64,000 nt of DNA. Origin: a virus. Below are positions 54,683 through 63,107 of this stretch, one piece after another. A model generated the notes under the pieces. The model did no database searches and was not told the DNA's origin. It saw only the letters and a list, made by a program, of their open reading frames with translations. Each line of letters opens with the position of its first letter. Positions within the stretch are counted from its first letter, which is position 1. A program made the position numbers and the translations under genes. Location: the IMG/VR virus record IMGVR_UViG_3300043410_001708, positions 1-64,000 of that record; one strand, given 5' to 3'.

Positions 54683-55216
54683 TTATTTTTTGAATCCTTG
54701 AAAAAATAATTCGGGAGTATCATTTGTTTCAAACTTATAAGAATGAAACATACTATCTATATCAAAGTTAGTACGAAAATCTTCTTCTGTAAGATTCTTG
54801 TAATATTCCCAACCTTTACCGACAGTCAGTGGACTATCTTCTGGTTTTGCATTTGATGTACCATGTTCAGGTGCACCAGTTGTCGGTACAGTAATGAAAA
54901 CTAATCCGTCTTTTTTGGTCATGCGATACATGTTTTGAAATGTTTCAACCCAAAATGGATTGTGTTCAAAACAATTACATGAACCTGTTGTATCGTATGT
55001 GCCGTCTGAATGGTCAACTAATTGACCCTCGCAAACTAAATCAACACTAGGTCCTTCAGCAACATCAACGCCAGTATAATCACAGTCTTTAAAATGACTT
55101 CTCATAGTACCATTGATATCTAAACTACCAACTTCTAAAACTTTTGCGTTATTGAAGTTTTGTGGAAATTGTTTTGACAAATTTCTAACATATTCTTGTT
55201 GTGCTGGATGTGACAT
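54683..55216 (-). CDS. SAM-dependent methyltransferase
   Basis: VLEVGSLDING, GVD, FEH.P.W, EHGT. Confidence 0.8.
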   Translation of the reverse strand: MSHPAQQEYVRNLSKQFPQNFNNAKVLEVGSLDINGTMRSHFKDCDYTGVDVAEGPSVDLVCEGQLVDHSDGTYDTTGSCNCFEHNPFWVETFQNMYRMTKKDGLVFITVPTTGAPEHGTSNAKPEDSPLTVGKGWEYYKNLTEEDFRTNFDIDSMFHSYKFETNDTPELFFQGFKK

Positions 55217-55219
55217 AAT

Positions 55220-55726
55220 TTATTTCTTCCATAATATTGGTGACTCAATAATTGGTGCAGACGGGTTAACAAAATCATCAAATGTTTCCCACAAATGTTC
55301 TGATATTGCAAACTTTGTAATCAATCCTGGTTCACGGCCATAGGCATCTATCTCCCATGGTTGAATCCAATAATCAATTTTGTCTGGATCAATTCTCTTT
55401 CCTCTCCATCGGGTCAATTCATCGTTAGTTTCACCTTCAATGTATTGTTTCACATGAACCATTTCATGTGCCAATGTTTCTAAAATCTTCCTAGAACCAA
55501 TATGTGGATGAATCTCTATCAAAAATTTTCGAGGTTGATTTCGTGTATTGTAATCTTCAATACTAGCAAAACCATATTCATCTATTTTGGTACTAAAAAG
55601 GATTTGTGTGGTGCAATTGTTTCTTATTCGTGTATTGGGTATCAATTCTTTAGCATAAAAATGGGCGGCTCTTTCAACAAAGGGCTTAAAATCTTTATCC
55701 GGACAGTTAACCACACGAATAATCAT
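55220..55726 (-). CDS. HExxH metallopeptidase-like protein
   Basis: TLAHEMVHVKQY, PWEIDAY. Confidence 0.8.
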   Translation of the reverse strand: MIIRVVNCPDKDFKPFVERAAHFYAKELIPNTRIRNNCTTQILFSTKIDEYGFASIEDYNTRNQPRKFLIEIHPHIGSRKILETLAHEMVHVKQYIEGETNDELTRWRGKRIDPDKIDYWIQPWEIDAYGREPGLITKFAISEHLWETFDDFVNPSAPIIESPILWKK

Positions 55727-55769
55727 CCTAGTCTCCTAAGGGCAACATTACCCTTAGTTATTTAGATGA

Positions 55770-56222
55770 TTAGATTTTTTCTACTAAAACTTTTGCCTTT
55801 TGTAAAAACTTAATACCATCATCACTCCGATAAGAGTTCCGATATAGAATGTGGTTAATACCACTTTGGTATATAAGTTTGGCACAGTCCAAACATGGAG
55901 CATGGGTAATAAACATAGTAGCACCCATACCAGATTCGTTAGACTTAGCCAACTTGGCAATGGCGTTAGTTTCTGCATGTAATACCTCCGGGCGTGTAAC
56001 TAAAATATCTTTCTTTTCTACAGGCTGGCATGTTTCAGGATCCATTACATACGGATGCGTTTCACAGTTATTGTCCCAACCAGCCGGCATACCATTGTAG
56101 CCAATAGAAATAATCCTATCTTCTTTGACTACAATGGCACCTACATGAAGTCTACGTGCTGAGGATAATTCTGCGAACACCTCAGCAGTTTTCATATACG
56201 CATCACGAAATTTTTGTTTCAC
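55770..56222 (-). CDS. cd: dCMP deaminase
   Basis: GYNG, HAE.NAI, PCLDC. Confidence 0.92.
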   Translation of the reverse strand: MKQKFRDAYMKTAEVFAELSSARRLHVGAIVVKEDRIISIGYNGMPAGWDNNCETHPYVMDPETCQPVEKKDILVTRPEVLHAETNAIAKLAKSNESGMGATMFITHAPCLDCAKLIYQSGINHILYRNSYRSDDGIKFLQKAKVLVEKI

Positions 56223-56353
56223 AGGACCTCGTAATCTTCTTTACCGCAGCCACATTCAGGACAAGTAAAGTCATCAGGTAATGTATTCCATGCACCCTCT
56301 GTTGCTTCATCATGTTCATGTCCACAAACTACACATACGTGTACTTCACTCAT
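56219..56353 (-). CDS. rubredoxin (44 aa, not in ORF track)
   Basis: CVVCG...W..LPDDFTCPECG. Confidence 0.85.
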   Translation of the reverse strand: MSEVHVCVVCGHEHDEATEGAWNTLPDDFTCPECGCGKEDYEVL

Positions 56354-56802
56354 TATAGTTCTCCTAATTTTTGTTGATATGCAGCTGCATGACGTTTTTC
56401 AATTTTGGATAATGCAGCAAAACGTTTTTCTGCCTTACGTAGGATATCAGAAAATTGTTCTGCGTGTATTTTTGATTCTTCAATTTGATGGCGAGCTTCC
56501 AATGAGGCAGATAAATTGCCTTCTGTTTTTGCATCAATTTCAAATTGTGGATACATTGTAGTGAATTCGTATGTCTCACCTTCAATGGCTTTCTCCAAAC
56601 ATTCTTTAGTTGATGGTTTACCAATTAACAATTCCAAATGACCCCATGCATGAAGTAACTCTTGGTCTGCTGTATGTTCAAAGTGTTTTGCAACATCTTC
56701 AAAACCTTCTTCTCGAGCAATCTTCGCAAAGTAACGATATTTGATATGTGCTTGACTTTCTCCAGCCAAGGCACTCTCAAGGTTTTTAATTGTAATTGAC
56801 AT
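56353..56802 (-). CDS. rubrerythrin (ferritin-like domain only)
   Basis: ALAGESQA..KY, E..HA, GETYE...MYP, E..H. Confidence 0.9.
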   Translation of the reverse strand: MSITIKNLESALAGESQAHIKYRYFAKIAREEGFEDVAKHFEHTADQELLHAWGHLELLIGKPSTKECLEKAIEGETYEFTTMYPQFEIDAKTEGNLSASLEARHQIEESKIHAEQFSDILRKAEKRFAALSKIEKRHAAAYQQKLGEL

Positions 56803-56820
56803 AATACTCCTTAATAAAAA

Positions 56821-56895
56821 TGGTGGGCCCACTAGGAATTGAACCTAGACTCAATGAATTATGAGTTCACTGCTTTACCATTAAGCTATAGGCCC
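56821..56895 (-). tRNA. tRNA-Ile2(CAT) (probably lysidine-modified)
   Basis: GGGCCT acceptor, CT-CAT-AA. Confidence 0.8.
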
Positions 56896-57077
56896 TATTT
56901 GATATATTCTAACGAATCTTTTCTCATTAATTTAGGTGTTTCCCTAATACCAATGTTTTTAATTACGTAAACGAAAGTAACACCATCAATTTCTTTAGTC
57001 TCTGGTGAACAGACGTAGTAATTCTCCATCGTGGTTTTTACACGAACTTTTTTGATGTATTGTTTTTCAGTTTTCAT
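56895..57077 (-). CDS. hypothetical protein (probably leaderless)
   Basis: ATG 57077 at predicted TSS of promoter 57084-57112. Confidence 0.55.
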   Translation of the reverse strand: MKTEKQYIKKVRVKTTMENYYVCSPETKEIDGVTFVYVIKNIGIRETPKLMRKDSLEYIK

Positions 57078-57083
57078 AATACT

Positions 57084-57123
57084 ATTATAAAGGTAAAAAA
57101 AGAGGTTGTCAAGCAACCTCTTT
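57084..57123 (-). promoter_or_regulatory. terminator hairpin overlapping a sigma70 promoter
   Basis: AGAGGTTG-CTTGA-CAACCTCT-TTTTT containing TTGACA-17-TATAAT. Confidence 0.7.
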
Positions 57124-57189
57124 ACTATTACCGGAACTTTTCAGGATAATTTAGTCGTTCCCACTCCTCATCGGAGACAGGCCACCAAT

Positions 57190-57636
57190 TCATTCTTTTT
57201 CCTTAATAGCAATTTTCTTAATGGCGTCTTGTGTTTTGACCATATTTTCTAGCCAAATTTTAAGCATACCATTCATTAGTTCCGCATCTTTGATTTCTAC
57301 TTTATCTGCGAGAGTAAAGGTACGTTCAAATGCACGGTTGGCAATGCCTTTGTACAGATAATCTTCAGATTCATCATCTTTAGATGCAGCTTTAATTACA
57401 AGTTTGTTTCCTTCCAAAGTCATTTCAATATCAGACTTAGCAAAACCAGCAACAGCCATTTCAATGACGTACTTGTTTTCTTTTACCTGTTTGATGTTGT
57501 ATGGAGGATAAGATACGGCTTTAGTTGCAGCCGTTGCAGCTTCACGCATAAGTTCCAATGTATCATTGAATCCTACTGTGAATGGTTGAATTTTACCAAA
57601 ATCAGAACCGAAAAAATCTTTCATAAGATTTGTCAT
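57190..57636 (-). CDS. small heat-shock protein (Hsp20/IbpA-like)
   Basis: YPPYNI, AVAGF, YKGIA.R.F.R.F.L, NG.L.I. Confidence 0.93.
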   Translation of the reverse strand: MTNLMKDFFGSDFGKIQPFTVGFNDTLELMREAATAATKAVSYPPYNIKQVKENKYVIEMAVAGFAKSDIEMTLEGNKLVIKAASKDDESEDYLYKGIANRAFERTFTLADKVEIKDAELMNGMLKIWLENMVKTQDAIKKIAIKEKE

Positions 57637-57783
57637 GTGTTTCTCCTAAAAGCGAGATTAAAAAATTGATACCCCGAAGGCGTATCGGTTGAGTTACTGG
57701 TTACGGGATCCAGTGTCACCCTATCGTTGTGACCGCTTTAAACGCTCCTAAGGTAGGTGGAGCACCTTCTTCCCATCCCTGGG
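57637..57783 (-). promoter_or_regulatory. structured 5' leader with ROSE-like thermometer hairpin
   Basis: UCUC-G-CU-UUU-AG-GAGA over SD plus several upstream hairpins. Confidence 0.6.
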
Positions 57784-57788
57784 AACTT

Positions 57789-57817
57789 ATTATATCAGTA
57801 TTTATACTAGTTGTCAA
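57789..57817 (-). promoter_or_regulatory. nested sigma70 and T4 late promoters
   Basis: TTGACA-17-TATAAT with TATAAATA in the spacer. Confidence 0.8.
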
Positions 57818-58221
57818 GAACCGTTCGGTTTTTTACCAATATTATACTTTGGTGTAAGTTGCCAGTCATTCTTTTCCTTGTGTGACAATATTTTAATCTG
57901 TGACAAGAAAATAGGTGCTGGCACCTCAGTTTGTTTTTTGTTGACCAACTTTACTAAACCCCAATCTTCCAATAGGTTTGCAATAGCATTCCTACGTGAT
58001 AGGTCATTTTCGGTAATGTCGGTTGGTTTACCATCTAAGGCAAATAGTTCTTTGAAATGTACCACATAGTATTGTCCACGTTTGTGGAGAATGTGGCAAG
58101 ATTGGTATAATGTTTGGTCTTTCTTTGAGGCAACACCGATACGGGTCAGTGTTTCACGTACCTTTAGAAAATCATCTTTGTCATCCAATGTCACTTCAAC
58201 TAAGTCTTTAATGTCTATCAT
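57814..58221 (-). CDS. regA: translational repressor RegA
   Basis: FLKVRETLTRIG, QSCHILHK.G.YY.VHFKE. Confidence 0.95.
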   Translation of the reverse strand: MIDIKDLVEVTLDDKDDFLKVRETLTRIGVASKKDQTLYQSCHILHKRGQYYVVHFKELFALDGKPTDITENDLSRRNAIANLLEDWGLVKLVNKKQTEVPAPIFLSQIKILSHKEKNDWQLTPKYNIGKKPNGS

Positions 58222-58597
58222 TATTCTTCACTCCGCCTGTATCTATTTTTGTTTTTATATCAGCGATTTGTTCATCGGTGAGGATACGTAGGGCTTCTTT
58301 AGCCTTGGAGTTTGAATACCCAAAATAGGTTTTCACACATTCAATATCCTTCTCAGAATCAGCTTTTTGCCATGGAACGAATTTACGTTTCATAGGCCTG
58401 ATACTATTTAGAAGATACTGGTATTGCATGTCCTTATCGATTCCAGGCCACAGGTTCATGTCATTGGCGTACAAGACACAATCTAAATGGTTGGACAACG
58501 ACCTATTGATTAGGAAAGGTGCATAATCTTTGAAGTCCAATTCACCATCCGGCACCTTCTTTCTCAGGATGTAATCGGCATAATCGAACGGACTCAT
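58208..58597 (-). CDS. 62: clamp loader small subunit (gp62)
   Basis: Y.PFLINR.LS, YFGYS..KA; synteny. Confidence 0.9.
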   Translation of the reverse strand: MSPFDYADYILRKKVPDGELDFKDYAPFLINRSLSNHLDCVLYANDMNLWPGIDKDMQYQYLLNSIRPMKRKFVPWQKADSEKDIECVKTYFGYSNSKAKEALRILTDEQIADIKTKIDTGGVKNNDRH

Positions 58598-59526
58598 TTG
58601 AATTCACATTCGACCATAATTTCTGTCAGACAGGCAATCAAATTGATTTCATGGTCTGCAACAAAGGCTGATTGATACTGATACTTGGCCAAGATTAACA
58701 CCATTTGTGGTACAGAATTTGGTTTCAACTTTTCATACAGACCATCATAGATGTTTCTAAAGATTCTGGTGATATCATTGTCAAGGTTGTTTGTAACCCA
58801 TTTACGACAAGAAGCAAAGTCCTTGTTCATAAGTGAAGTCACCAACTCATTTAGTTGCACATCGGAAACTGATGCAAGAATACCTTTGTCAATTGTGCCG
58901 CTAACACTATAACGCTGAAGCTCGTTAAGAACACGGCGATTATCAGGAAAATGTTTCGTGATAACGGCAGCAACCACTTGCTTATCATATGTAACTCCTT
59001 CTTGTTCAAGAATCCACTCAACACGTTTGAAGAAGGCAGCTGCCATCTTTTGTTTACTGCCATTGATTTTGAAGTCAACAACGGTACAACGGGAATGAAT
59101 TGGGTCAATGATTCTGTTCTTAAAGTTACATGTGAAGATGAAAGAACAGTTGGATGCAAACTCCTCAATCGCACCACGCATGGCAGGTTGAGTTGAATTT
59201 GGATTTAGATAGTCTGCTTCATCAATGATAACGACCTTGCGTCCACCAGACAAGGACATTGACGATGCATAGTTTTTGATTTTGTTCCGTAGAACATCGA
59301 TACCCGATTCGTCTGAACCGTTAATCATAATGTAATCACAACCGACTTCTTCACAGAGAGCCTTTGCAATTGTAGTTTTACCAACACCAGCAGAACCAGA
59401 CAACAAGAGGTTGGGAATCTCTTTGCGGTTTACATATTCCTGAAATGTTGCTTTGATACCATCAGGAAGAATACAATCTTCGATGGTTTTAGGACGGTAC
59501 TTCTCCACCCATAAAATGTGTGACAT
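58594..59526 (-). CDS. 44: clamp loader ATPase (gp44)
   Basis: WVEKYRP, G.GKTT, DEAD, SRC. Confidence 0.95.
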   Translation of the reverse strand: MSHILWVEKYRPKTIEDCILPDGIKATFQEYVNRKEIPNLLLSGSAGVGKTTIAKALCEEVGCDYIMINGSDESGIDVLRNKIKNYASSMSLSGGRKVVIIDEADYLNPNSTQPAMRGAIEEFASNCSFIFTCNFKNRIIDPIHSRCTVVDFKINGSKQKMAAAFFKRVEWILEQEGVTYDKQVVAAVITKHFPDNRRVLNELQRYSVSGTIDKGILASVSDVQLNELVTSLMNKDFASCRKWVTNNLDNDITRIFRNIYDGLYEKLKPNSVPQMVLILAKYQYQSAFVADHEINLIACLTEIMVECEFK

Positions 59527-59546
59527 TCAAATTCTCCATAATATAA

Positions 59547-59882
59547 TTAAATTTCGTCATGCCATTTAAAGCCAAGCAGTAACTTAGCAAAAAATCTTAT
59601 GACTGCATTTGGCTTAGTGGGTCTATACACAAACACCTTGTGTGTGATTTCCCATTTGCCAACATACTTTTCACTGGGTTTTATAACAAACTCGGATGTT
59701 GGTGGTTGTGTCCATGCAAATGAACCTGTGCCACCATTACTAATCAAGTAATTGCCACTGGTAACAGTACTCCATTGTCTCTTTCGCCACTCAGCAATCC
59801 ATTGTTCACTTGGAGTAAAATCCAAGTCTAAAGTTTTTTGCTCAGTCAATGGAAAGAAAAATTCAATTTCAAGTTGTTGCAT
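59547..59882 (-). CDS. hypothetical protein
   Basis: ORF track. Confidence 0.6.
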   Translation of the reverse strand: MQQLEIEFFFPLTEQKTLDLDFTPSEQWIAEWRKRQWSTVTSGNYLISNGGTGSFAWTQPPTSEFVIKPSEKYVGKWEITHKVFVYRPTKPNAVIRFFAKLLLGFKWHDEI

Positions 59883-60069
59883 TTGGAAATGGCCAGTTCA
59901 ATTCTTGTTTGATTTCTTCGATACGATTTTGTAACACAGAAATTGCTGTGTTAAAATGTCCAGTACCTTCTTCATTCGGATTGAATCTAGTTTTTAGAAC
60001 CTGAATTTCTTTTTCCAAAACAGCAACATATTGTTCTCTATCAAACCATGTTCGTATTTCACCCATCAT
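59869..60069 (-). CDS. hypothetical protein
   Basis: GTGHFNTAISVL. Confidence 0.6.
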   Translation of the reverse strand: MMGEIRTWFDREQYVAVLEKEIQVLKTRFNPNEEGTGHFNTAISVLQNRIEEIKQELNWPFPNATT

Positions 60070-60341
60070 TTCACCTCATTCATACTTTCAAATAAAGCTT
60101 CAAACTCTTTTGACTCAGCAACCTCAGTCTGAAATGAATTTTTAAATTGTGTCTTTGCCATCCGTTTAACAATCTTTTTAGGGATTTTTAATTCATCATT
60201 CGTAATGTCCACAATATCTTTAATAGCATCATTGTTGGCTTGATTTCTCTGCATATGCAACACAATCTCGTCAACATAACCTTTTAGTTTTTTTAATTGG
60301 TCTTCATCAAAAGAACCAAATAGTGTATTTACTTTAGTCAT
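60066..60341 (-). CDS. dsbA: T4 DsbA-like dsDNA-binding protein
   Basis: IKDI......L.IP.KIV..MAK..F...F..E....EFE.LFE. Confidence 0.65.
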   Translation of the reverse strand: MTKVNTLFGSFDEDQLKKLKGYVDEIVLHMQRNQANNDAIKDIVDITNDELKIPKKIVKRMAKTQFKNSFQTEVAESKEFEALFESMNEVK

Positions 60342-60529
60342 TATGTCATCATCCCAACAACTTCAAAATCAGTTTCTTCAACAATAATATTACCATTGAT
60401 TAAATTGATTGCCGTTTTACCGTTTTGTTCACCATCTGAAATTGTGAATACTGCCACAATATGTCTTGGGTTAACTGCAATTTTGTTTGACGATCCAATT
60501 TCTGTAATCCATATCATATTATTCTCCAA
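60341..60529 (-). CDS. FlbD-like small protein
   Basis: I.VNP.HI..V...T.I.L.NG.I.VEE. Confidence 0.55.
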   Translation of the reverse strand: MENNMIWITEIGSSNKIAVNPRHIVAVFTISDGEQNGKTAINLINGNIIVEETDFEVVGMMT

Positions 60530-61196
60530 AACTTAAATCGGATTCTTTTGCTTCGATGGCGATCCAGTATTCCATATCTTCTTTGGTGTTCTTGAAGTAT
60601 GACAAACCTTTAGATGAAATTTGTACTTCATAAGAACCGGAAATCATTTTGAAGTTTTCTGTCAAAAACAATGCCTTAAACTTCTTGCCGTTGCCATCAG
60701 CAATCTCTGTTGAATCTGTATGTGCTGAATTGTCTTTTGCATCACAGGTTGTGATAGAAATCTTTTCACCATCAGACATGATGGCAATGTTAGGTGATTG
60801 TAGAATGCTTGCAGTCTTTAGGATAGAAGCAAGTTCTTCTTCTTTCAATGTGAAAGATACATCGACAGAAGGCAAGGTCAACTCTTTATCTGGTGGAGTT
60901 ACAATCATGCTTTTTGCAGTCTTGCGATAGTTTAGTTTTTTACGACCAACTTTGAAGATAACGTGTTTGTCATCAAAATCAATTTCACCATCTTTGTACA
61001 ATGATTGTACAGATAGAAACTGGTTCAAGTCATAGATGCAGAAATCCTGTGGGAAATCATCTTTAACTCCGGCTTTTGCCAGTACAGTCTTTGTTGCGGA
61101 AATAGTTGTCAATTTCTTACCAGTCTTAAACTCAATGCCAGGATTTATGTTGGCAAAGTTTTTAAGAACCGTTAAGGTCTCATTAGATAATTTCAT
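60519..61196 (-). CDS. 45: sliding clamp (gp45)
   Basis: MKLS.ETL.VLKNFA.IN, IYDLNQFL, YWIA.E. Confidence 0.95.
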   Translation of the reverse strand: MKLSNETLTVLKNFANINPGIEFKTGKKLTTISATKTVLAKAGVKDDFPQDFCIYDLNQFLSVQSLYKDGEIDFDDKHVIFKVGRKKLNYRKTAKSMIVTPPDKELTLPSVDVSFTLKEEELASILKTASILQSPNIAIMSDGEKISITTCDAKDNSAHTDSTEIADGNGKKFKALFLTENFKMISGSYEVQISSKGLSYFKNTKEDMEYWIAIEAKESDLSFGE

Positions 61197-61858
61197 TACG
61201 ATACTCCTTGTTTCAATTCACTCATTATACCTGGACCATAAGAGGTTGTCAAGCATTTAATCAATTTGTTCTTTAAGTCTTCCAAAGAACCTTGGTTGTC
61301 AATGTTGTGGTCAACATAACCACCAATCCATCGCCATTCAGATTCGTGTACACCGGATTGTTTCAGCATAAATTCTTCTGCTTTCCAGTCACCACGATTA
61401 GCTTTGGCTGCAATCTCATACCAATGTGGTGTTGTACCACGTTCTATTTCTATGAGAATACCTTTATTACCATGAACAAATTCAATTTCATTTTGAAAAC
61501 GAACATCGGTTATAACATAATTTTGATTTGGATTATTTTGTATATAATTCTTTAATTTGATGATCCAAAAGTCTGAATGAAAAACATCACGTCCAACTTC
61601 TGTACCCATTAATTGTAATGCAAGTCTTGGTGTAAACTCACGTCCAAATTCTTCTGACCAAAACTTATCTGGTTGTTCACGCCACTGCCTAGATTGTTCT
61701 GTGTCACCTTCCAATAAATGTCGTGGCCAACCAAACATTTCTGCGGCAACATCTTTAACACCTTTAGCAAAACTGACAGGAGTAAAACCAAGGTCTTTAA
61801 GAATGTCACCGGCAGTACCTTTACCTGAACCAATGAATCCAAGTAAACCAACAATCAT
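61196..61858 (-). CDS. dNMP kinase (T4 gp1-like)
   Basis: G.IGSGK, PR.ALQ.MGTE, DVRF.NE, H.SE. Confidence 0.9.
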   Translation of the reverse strand: MIVGLLGFIGSGKGTAGDILKDLGFTPVSFAKGVKDVAAEMFGWPRHLLEGDTEQSRQWREQPDKFWSEEFGREFTPRLALQLMGTEVGRDVFHSDFWIIKLKNYIQNNPNQNYVITDVRFQNEIEFVHGNKGILIEIERGTTPHWYEIAAKANRGDWKAEEFMLKQSGVHESEWRWIGGYVDHNIDNQGSLEDLKNKLIKCLTTSYGPGIMSELKQGVS

Positions 61859-62676
61859 TACATTTCTCCAACATAATTTGCTACAGCTGGCATATCACCT
61901 TTGAAGTGATAAGTACCAATGTGGTCTGTTCGCATCCAAGGACACAACCAAATTGAACCACCAATTTTACGCCACAACTGACAGAACATATAATCTTCTG
62001 ACAAATAACGGTCAGAACCACCGCCTGTAGGCGAATCAACAGTGTCAATCAATGTGTCAAAGAAAGCATGAATATAACGTGTGCCATCAAAGTGTGCTTG
62101 GCCAACATGGTCAGGTTTGTAACGAAGATGTGGAAATGCTTGTGCAAATTTAGGAAACACTTCACGTTTAACCATCATAAAACCAGTACCAATTTCCAAC
62201 ACTTCAAGTGGATCGGCAACGCTGAACTTATCTGTGCCTCTAACTGGATTGAAAACATAATCACCAGTAACTTTCTCTAAATCACCAGCTTGCATATCTG
62301 GATTTTTCTCTAGAGCTTTCTTAACTGAGGACCATTTGATGGCTTTCTTAGGATAAGGGCCGCCGATAACATCTTTATCTAAGGCCAATAAAGCAATAAC
62401 ATCTTGTGGATTGAAGTGAATATCAGCATCAATAAACAACATGTGTGTGCAATCAGAACGATGCAAGAATTCATCAACAAGATAATTTCTAGCACGGGTA
62501 ATCAAAGATTCATTGAAAAGAAATGAGAATTTCACTTGAACACCATACTGCATACAGATGGCTTGTAAATCGAGACATGCTTTAGCATAGAGTCCATGAT
62601 TCATACCACCATACATTGGTGTTGCAACGAAAATGCTTTTCTTTGCTAATTCTTCTTTTTTAATTGAAATTTCCAT
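61858..62676 (-). CDS. GT-A-like glycosyltransferase-related protein
   Basis: NESLITRARN, FIDADI, GTGFM, LSEDY.FC. Confidence 0.75.
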   Translation of the reverse strand: MEISIKKEELAKKSIFVATPMYGGMNHGLYAKACLDLQAICMQYGVQVKFSFLFNESLITRARNYLVDEFLHRSDCTHMLFIDADIHFNPQDVIALLALDKDVIGGPYPKKAIKWSSVKKALEKNPDMQAGDLEKVTGDYVFNPVRGTDKFSVADPLEVLEIGTGFMMVKREVFPKFAQAFPHLRYKPDHVGQAHFDGTRYIHAFFDTLIDTVDSPTGGGSDRYLSEDYMFCQLWRKIGGSIWLCPWMRTDHIGTYHFKGDMPAVANYVGEM

Positions 62677-62689
62677 TTTCTCTCCAAAA

Positions 62690-62721
62690 ATAAAAATGGG
62701 GATCCGGTGAACGGACCCCCA
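62690..62721 (-). terminator. Rho-independent terminator
   Basis: GGGGGTCCG-TTCAC-CGGATCCCC-ATTTTT. Confidence 0.7.
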
Positions 62722-62731
62722 AATTGCTTAA

Positions 62732-63001
62732 TTAAGCGCTGAAGCTGTAGCCAGCTTTAAGTGCGGTACGAACCATTGCTTTAGTTGGTGTACCCAAACG
62801 GTATACAGATACCTTAGAACCATCACCACGGGTCTTGGTGTTAGTGTAGATGACATGGCCTTCTTGGCGCAATTCATCAATACGAGCGGCAACATTTTGG
62901 ATGCCGAAACGAGCACGAGCCTGTGCGGTTGAAAGGGTGTTGTAGCCTTCAGACTTGCTCAAATATTTGAGAATCTTTTCTTTGGCGGATAGTTTAGTCA
63001 T
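62732..63001 (-). CDS. winged-helix DNA-binding protein
   Basis: A...FGI..VAARI.ELR..G. Confidence 0.75.
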   Translation of the reverse strand: MTKLSAKEKILKYLSKSEGYNTLSTAQARARFGIQNVAARIDELRQEGHVIYTNTKTRGDGSKVSVYRLGTPTKAMVRTALKAGYSFSA

Positions 63002-63057
63002 AATAATCTCCTAATGACAAAGTTAAAACAAAAGTCTTGCGTTTTGCAAGTATTCAC

Positions 63058-63086
63058 ATTATACTATTACTTAGTGTGTGTGTCAA
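63058..63086 (-). promoter_or_regulatory. sigma70 promoter
   Basis: TTGACA-17-TATAAT. Confidence 0.8.
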
Positions 63087-63107
63087 GTATATTGGCGGTA
63101 TACTTTT

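Noticed and set aside
57128-57193. 21-aa ORF MNWWPVSDEEWERLNYPEKFR coupled to hsp20
   Set aside because: Plausible (ATGA overlap) but too short to support without homologues.
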